NCBI GenBank assembly: GCA_048938445.1
Contig: JBHLME010000141.1
Coordinates: 1-11,109 of the forward strand
Source of the DNA: Promethearchaeota archaeon
GTDB taxonomy: Archaea > Asgardarchaeota > Lokiarchaeia > Sigyniarchaeales > SOKP01
DNA length: 11,109 nt
Direction: 5' to 3'
The first letter of the stretch is position 1. Each line of letters starts with the position of its first letter. Position numbers and translations under genes: made by a program. Under the pieces are notes generated by a model. The model worked only from the letters and a program-made list of their open reading frames with translations. It did not search any database and was not told the origin of the DNA. Shown here in pieces: positions 6,816 through 11,109 of this stretch.

Positions 6816-8118
6816 ATTTACCTATAAAAAAAGCTTGTGTTCCATGTGTTGATGGGTATAATCTTCCCGTTCCTGGTAGAATTGAACCATTAATTGAATA
6901 ACTCTTGGAAATCCAGTCAGGTATCTTTACAGGTTTCAATTGATTAAATACATCTTGAATTTGTAGTTCTCCCTCTTCTGGATAGAAACTACATGTGGAA
7001 TATACAAAGATTCCACCTGGTTTTAATAATCCAAGAGCACTCTCAAGTAATTTTTTTTGGAGAATGACGTTTTGATGCAAGAATTTTTCATTTTGACGCC
7101 ATTTTAGTTCTGGATTGGATAAAAAAGTACCACTTCCCGTGCAAGGCGCATCAAGTAATACTTTATCAAATTTTTTATCAAATCGAATGGGAAATTTAAT
7201 ACTATCTGTGTTGATCATATCATAATTAGAAACATTTAGATGTTCTAACATTTTTTTTGCTTCAATAGCTCGAGTATTTAAAAATTCACCCGAAATAATC
7301 CTTGCCTTATTATTAGAGTATTGAGCAATTAATGAGGTTTTCATCCCTGGTGCGGCACACATGTCACAGATGAATTCTTCTGGTTTTGGATCTAGAACAT
7401 TCACGACTGCGGTTGAGGCTTTATCTTGAAATGTAAAAATACCATCCCTATAAAAACGACTATTAATTAGAACCTCTTTTTTTTTAATTGGTACGTAAAT
7501 TAATTCTGAAATATCTTGATCCTCTCTATATTTAATTCCTAGTTTCTTAAAATATTGATAGATATCAACCAATGGAGTGTTTTGTTCCTTAAGTCCCTTA
7601 AGTGTATTTAATCTTATCGTGCATTCATTAATATCATTATAATTATTCATGGCTTGAATGTTTTCTTTTATAAAATTAAGGGATATTACCGGCAATAGAT
7701 GATTGATAAAAAAAGTTGGAACTGCTTCCTTAATACTCAGCTTTTCCACTTCAGATTTATTTTCTAATGCCTTGCTCCAAGAAAAAGATTTTAACTTCCT
7801 AAGAAATGATATAAACAGAAAATCATCCTTGATTTCTAACTCTTTTTTTATTGAATCAATCGAGGTAGATTCCCATAAAATTCTATATGTTGCATAGAAA
7901 TACCTGGCTTCATCATTACTATCTATAAATTTGTCCTTTCTTAAAAATCTCTTAGTTTTGTTAATAATAAAGTTCAATTTACTTTTAAAGCGGATGATCT
8001 CATTGATATAATGGATGATTTGAGGATGAGTAGGATCAAGCTTTACCTTTAGGTTGCTCTGTTCAAAGTAATTTGCTAAGGATGTTATAATGTTGTTTAT
8101 TGAATCATTCTTATTCAT
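6799..8118 (-). CDS. rsmB: RsmB/NOP2/Fmu family RNA (cytosine-C5) methyltransferase, archaeal Fmu-like
   Basis: QDKAS, DMCAAPGMKT (motif I), VLLDAPCTGSG (motif IV Cys), NPELKWR, YSTCS (motif VI catalytic Cys) and R.YP..HGT.AFF. The N-terminal helical region looks like a degenerate NusB-like domain. The exact RNA target cannot be assigned. Confidence 0.9.
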   Translation of the reverse strand: MNKNDSINNIITSLANYFEQSNLKVKLDPTHPQIIHYINEIIRFKSKLNFIINKTKRFLRKDKFIDSNDEARYFYATYRILWESTSIDSIKKELEIKDDFLFISFLRKLKSFSWSKALENKSEVEKLSIKEAVPTFFINHLLPVISLNFIKENIQAMNNYNDINECTIRLNTLKGLKEQNTPLVDIYQYFKKLGIKYREDQDISELIYVPIKKKEVLINSRFYRDGIFTFQDKASTAVVNVLDPKPEEFICDMCAAPGMKTSLIAQYSNNKARIISGEFLNTRAIEAKKMLEHLNVSNYDMINTDSIKFPIRFDKKFDKVLLDAPCTGSGTFLSNPELKWRQNEKFLHQNVILQKKLLESALGLLKPGGIFVYSTCSFYPEEGELQIQDVFNQLKPVKIPDWISKSYSINGSILPGTGRLYPSTHGTQAFFIGKFKKVI

Positions 8119-8285
8119 AAAATAATCAATACTCTTCAGGTAGAATTTGTTTATTATTATTTTTAATTTATAAGATCTACTTAGAAATCATAAAAAGTAT
8201 AGATATAAAGATTTTGAATTGATTTTAAAATTTTTATATTCATTTTAAATAAAATTTATAAAAGTAATATATAAGAGATTTTTGT

Positions 8286-9506
8286 TCATATTTTCTTTAA
8301 TTTATACTCTATAGAACCAATGTTATTTTTCACTGCAGCATCAAACTGGTAGTCAGCACTGGCATCTTTAAATAAGGGATTTAATTTACTGAATTTTTCA
8401 ACTCCAGAGGGTAGTGGATCTTTCCATCTTCCATTGGGGCTCATTATCGGCAAACCTGGAGCTTCAATTTCTAAATCTATACACGCTTTATCGAGAGCTA
8501 CTGGATCTTTTGATCCTAAGATTCCAAGATCAGGAACCACGGCTGTTCCAGGATTAGCAACGCAGTCGCACATTAATGCGAGATCAAATGCAAAATTAAT
8601 GAACCTGAATTTTTCTGGACCTATTGAAGAAACAACACCTAATGCATTGTCAATAAAACGTTCACATACGTCTTTAGCATTCGTCATTGCTGGTTTCACG
8701 ATTGCTCCCTCAACAGGACATATTTTACTTGAAGTACAAGCAAAACATCCAAAACATATCAGGTCATCAATAACTGCTCTCTCTCCTTCTATTTTAATGG
8801 CGTCAACAGGACAGGAGGAAATACATTGTTGTTCACACTTGGAGATATGGCATTCTTGAGGATTAATGTTAATCATTCCATAATAATGTGCTAAATGCTT
8901 ATTCTTCTTTGTAACACTTCCAATTCCAAGCTGCTTGAGTGCCCCTCCAAACGTCGCTTGAGGATGGCCTTTAAAATGAGAAATCACGACAATTTTATCA
9001 AAATCATAAAGCGCTGATGCTACTGATACTTTATTGAGTTGGATTCCATTGATATCAATTAACTTTCCATCAAGTCCATTTTCACCATCAACAAACTTTA
9101 AAGTTGCACCAGTTGTCAACTCGTTATATCCGTGAAGATTCGCGATTTTTTCATGATCTTCAGCACATGTCCTATGAGAAACGCATATATCATATCCACC
9201 AGAAAAATCAATTGTTTGTGAATGTTGCCCTAAACCTTGAGTCTCAACAAGGGTTGGAATACCTCCCTTTTCCTTTATGGCTCTCACGACTTCTCGAACA
9301 TAGTCAGGGCGTAAATAGCGGGTGTTTTGTGCCTCGCCAACATGGACTTTCACTGCAACTTTATCCCCATCATTTAAATTGTCCAGAATCTTGTCTAATA
9401 TTAATCGGGTTTTCACTAAATTGTTTGTTATCATATTAGTGGCGTTATTTCTAATTCCAGGAATCTCAATAGGTCGCGCCCAATATACAATCGGTTTATC
9501 TGTCAT
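8286..9506 (-). CDS. DUF362 domain Fe-S protein with inserted 2x[4Fe-4S] ferredoxin-like domain (COG2768-like)
   Basis: VAVKVHVGE..NT.YLRP, SHFKGH...FGGALKQLG, two four-Cys clusters ending in CP, a CDC motif, DLGILGSKDPVALDKAC and a C-terminal G..EYKL. Confidence 0.88.
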   Translation of the reverse strand: MTDKPIVYWARPIEIPGIRNNATNMITNNLVKTRLILDKILDNLNDGDKVAVKVHVGEAQNTRYLRPDYVREVVRAIKEKGGIPTLVETQGLGQHSQTIDFSGGYDICVSHRTCAEDHEKIANLHGYNELTTGATLKFVDGENGLDGKLIDINGIQLNKVSVASALYDFDKIVVISHFKGHPQATFGGALKQLGIGSVTKKNKHLAHYYGMININPQECHISKCEQQCISSCPVDAIKIEGERAVIDDLICFGCFACTSSKICPVEGAIVKPAMTNAKDVCERFIDNALGVVSSIGPEKFRFINFAFDLALMCDCVANPGTAVVPDLGILGSKDPVALDKACIDLEIEAPGLPIMSPNGRWKDPLPSGVEKFSKLNPLFKDASADYQFDAAVKNNIGSIEYKLKKI

Positions 9507-9843
9507 TAATTTTCACTAAAAAAGCTTTTTGTTTATAATTTACTAAATACAAATTGTTAATGATTTTTTAACATTTCTTGTATATTTTAAAACAAAAAAC
9601 TGATTAAAAAATACGGAATAAATAGCCAAAAAATCTTTTAATCAAACAGAAAAATGAATAATGTCTAGTAAAAAAATGTTTTATATGATTTATTAAAAAC
9701 AATCTTAAAATAAGAGTTTTTCACATAGAAAAAACACAATTTGAATTGATTTGAATGATAACTGGTTTTTTATAAATTATCTACTCTACCCCCCTATATC
9801 ATTTACTTTCTGTTCAAAAATATTTTTATAATTGGGGGTTTTT

Positions 9844-10629
9844 TTAATCTTGAGGTGTAGTAGATATACGTTTTGTTGGAAATGCAACATTAGGACGCTT
9901 AACTATAAAAGATGAATCGAGATCTTTAGCCATTCTGCTTGCAATATCAAAAGGAATGCCTAATGACAAGTAATTCTCAGGGAACCAAAAGTTTCCAGTG
10001 GGATCAGTTGGTCCGACTACGATGCTACTCTCATGGATTGTCTCAGTTAAGTCCGCAGGATATGTTATAAACGAAGCACATGAAGGCCCCCAGGGTATAG
10101 TTGCCATTGAACCTTTCTCATCGTGAAAATATGCCAATGAACAGAGATTTCGAATTTGTTCTGAACGACCAAAACAGAGGAATGATCTCACTTCAATATC
10201 AAGTTCATCCGTAAATTCAGACTTTTTAATTACGGTATATTCACCTAAAGGAGTTATTTTACCAACTGATTTTAATTGTTGATCAGCGATATCTGGATCT
10301 GCTAGCAAGTATTCAGCTGCGCCTCCTCTAAATTCTTTGGTACCTGTTGAAATGAAATATTTTAACTGGGGAAGGAAAGGTTTATACCCAAACCATGCTT
10401 GTCCCCCAGGACAACATCCTTCCAAGGTTTCTTGTCCTAAATATATTGAATTAATGTTTTTGGTTGTTGCTAATTTAAAAATACTTTTTGCTATACAGCG
10501 ATCTATTTTACACGAAGAAACGGCATTTTCGGGAACAGTTTTAGTACCATAGACGCATAATGGAAATGTTTCTAGCCTTCCTGCTTTTCTTAACCTAATT
10601 CCAATTTCCTTAACCGATAAATTGACCAT
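9844..10629 (-). CDS. DUF169 family protein (COG2043-like, conserved Cys)
   Basis: 261 aa with PLCVY, CCPGG..WFG, EQI..L, GPSCA....YP, GPTDP and LSLGIP, matching the DUF169 pattern as recalled. Confidence 0.75.
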   Translation of the reverse strand: MVNLSVKEIGIRLRKAGRLETFPLCVYGTKTVPENAVSSCKIDRCIAKSIFKLATTKNINSIYLGQETLEGCCPGGQAWFGYKPFLPQLKYFISTGTKEFRGGAAEYLLADPDIADQQLKSVGKITPLGEYTVIKKSEFTDELDIEVRSFLCFGRSEQIRNLCSLAYFHDEKGSMATIPWGPSCASFITYPADLTETIHESSIVVGPTDPTGNFWFPENYLSLGIPFDIASRMAKDLDSSFIVKRPNVAFPTKRISTTPQD

Positions 10630-11109
10630 ATGTACTCTATATTATTTGTTATTTTAATTTTTTATTCTTTGATATTCTCTCTATTGTTGGATGTTATAAT
10701 ATTGGATAAGATAATCTCTTGAATCTATTACATCAATATTATTCTGATATATATATTTACGCGCGAAAGACAGCTTATAAAGATATAATTAATTATGAAT
10801 CTAAAAAATTCAGATTACCAATTAAAAAAATTAACAAAAAATATATCGGTTGTATAATAAAAAAAAACATAAGATAAGGTTTTTTTTATCTTTCAAATGT
10901 TTAATTACTGAACAAAGAGAATAATTTAATTCTAAAAATATATTAGATTAAGAATTTATAAATGACATTAATATTCGATATTAATATACATTATTAAACA
11001 ATATAAAAGAAAAATGATAGTTCTAATAAAAAGCATTAAATTTAGATTTATAACGAATATAATTTGACTAAATTGAGGAAATTTAAATTATGATCTCTTA
11101 TTTATAATT

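Noticed and set aside
8119-8285. AT-only palindromes such as ATTTTAAAAT in intergenic DNA
   Set aside because: These are expected by chance at this base composition.
183-10552. Short alternative-frame and antisense ORFs in the track (e.g. 183..419, 438..653, 4369..4710, 4774..5076, 8434..8859, 9104..9439, 10337..10552)
   Set aside because: All overlap longer, family-recognisable genes and show no recognisable motifs, so they are treated as shadow ORFs.
10630-11109. Replication origin, CRISPR leader/array or ncRNA in the AT-rich terminal region
   Set aside because: No ORB-like G-string repeats, no regularly spaced repeats and no GC-rich structured segment are visible.

Overview
AT-rich, archaeal-looking window. 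Gene content and style suggest an Asgard/Lokiarchaeia-like genome, but this is inference only. There are nine credible CDSs: a DUF2070/COG3356 membrane hydrolase-like gene (probably 5'-truncated by the window edge), four paralogous stand-alone 7-transmembrane proteins in two subfamily pairs, a soluble protein with a tandem-duplicated DUF3786-like fold between the pairs, an archaeal Fmu/RsmB-type RNA m5C methyltransferase, a DUF362/COG2768 Fe-S protein and a DUF169 protein. The most notable feature is the 7TM cluster. The four proteins share an N-out/C-in topology and invariant residues (ECL2 Asp, Lys at the start of TM6, TM6 Asp, TM7 Arg-Ile, terminal YxG), have divergent extracellular loops, and lack both a retinal lysine and any fused output domain. 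This fits an uncharacterised receptor-like sensory array. Several promoter-proximal palindromes are present. No rRNA, tRNA, CRISPR array or mobile element was recognised.
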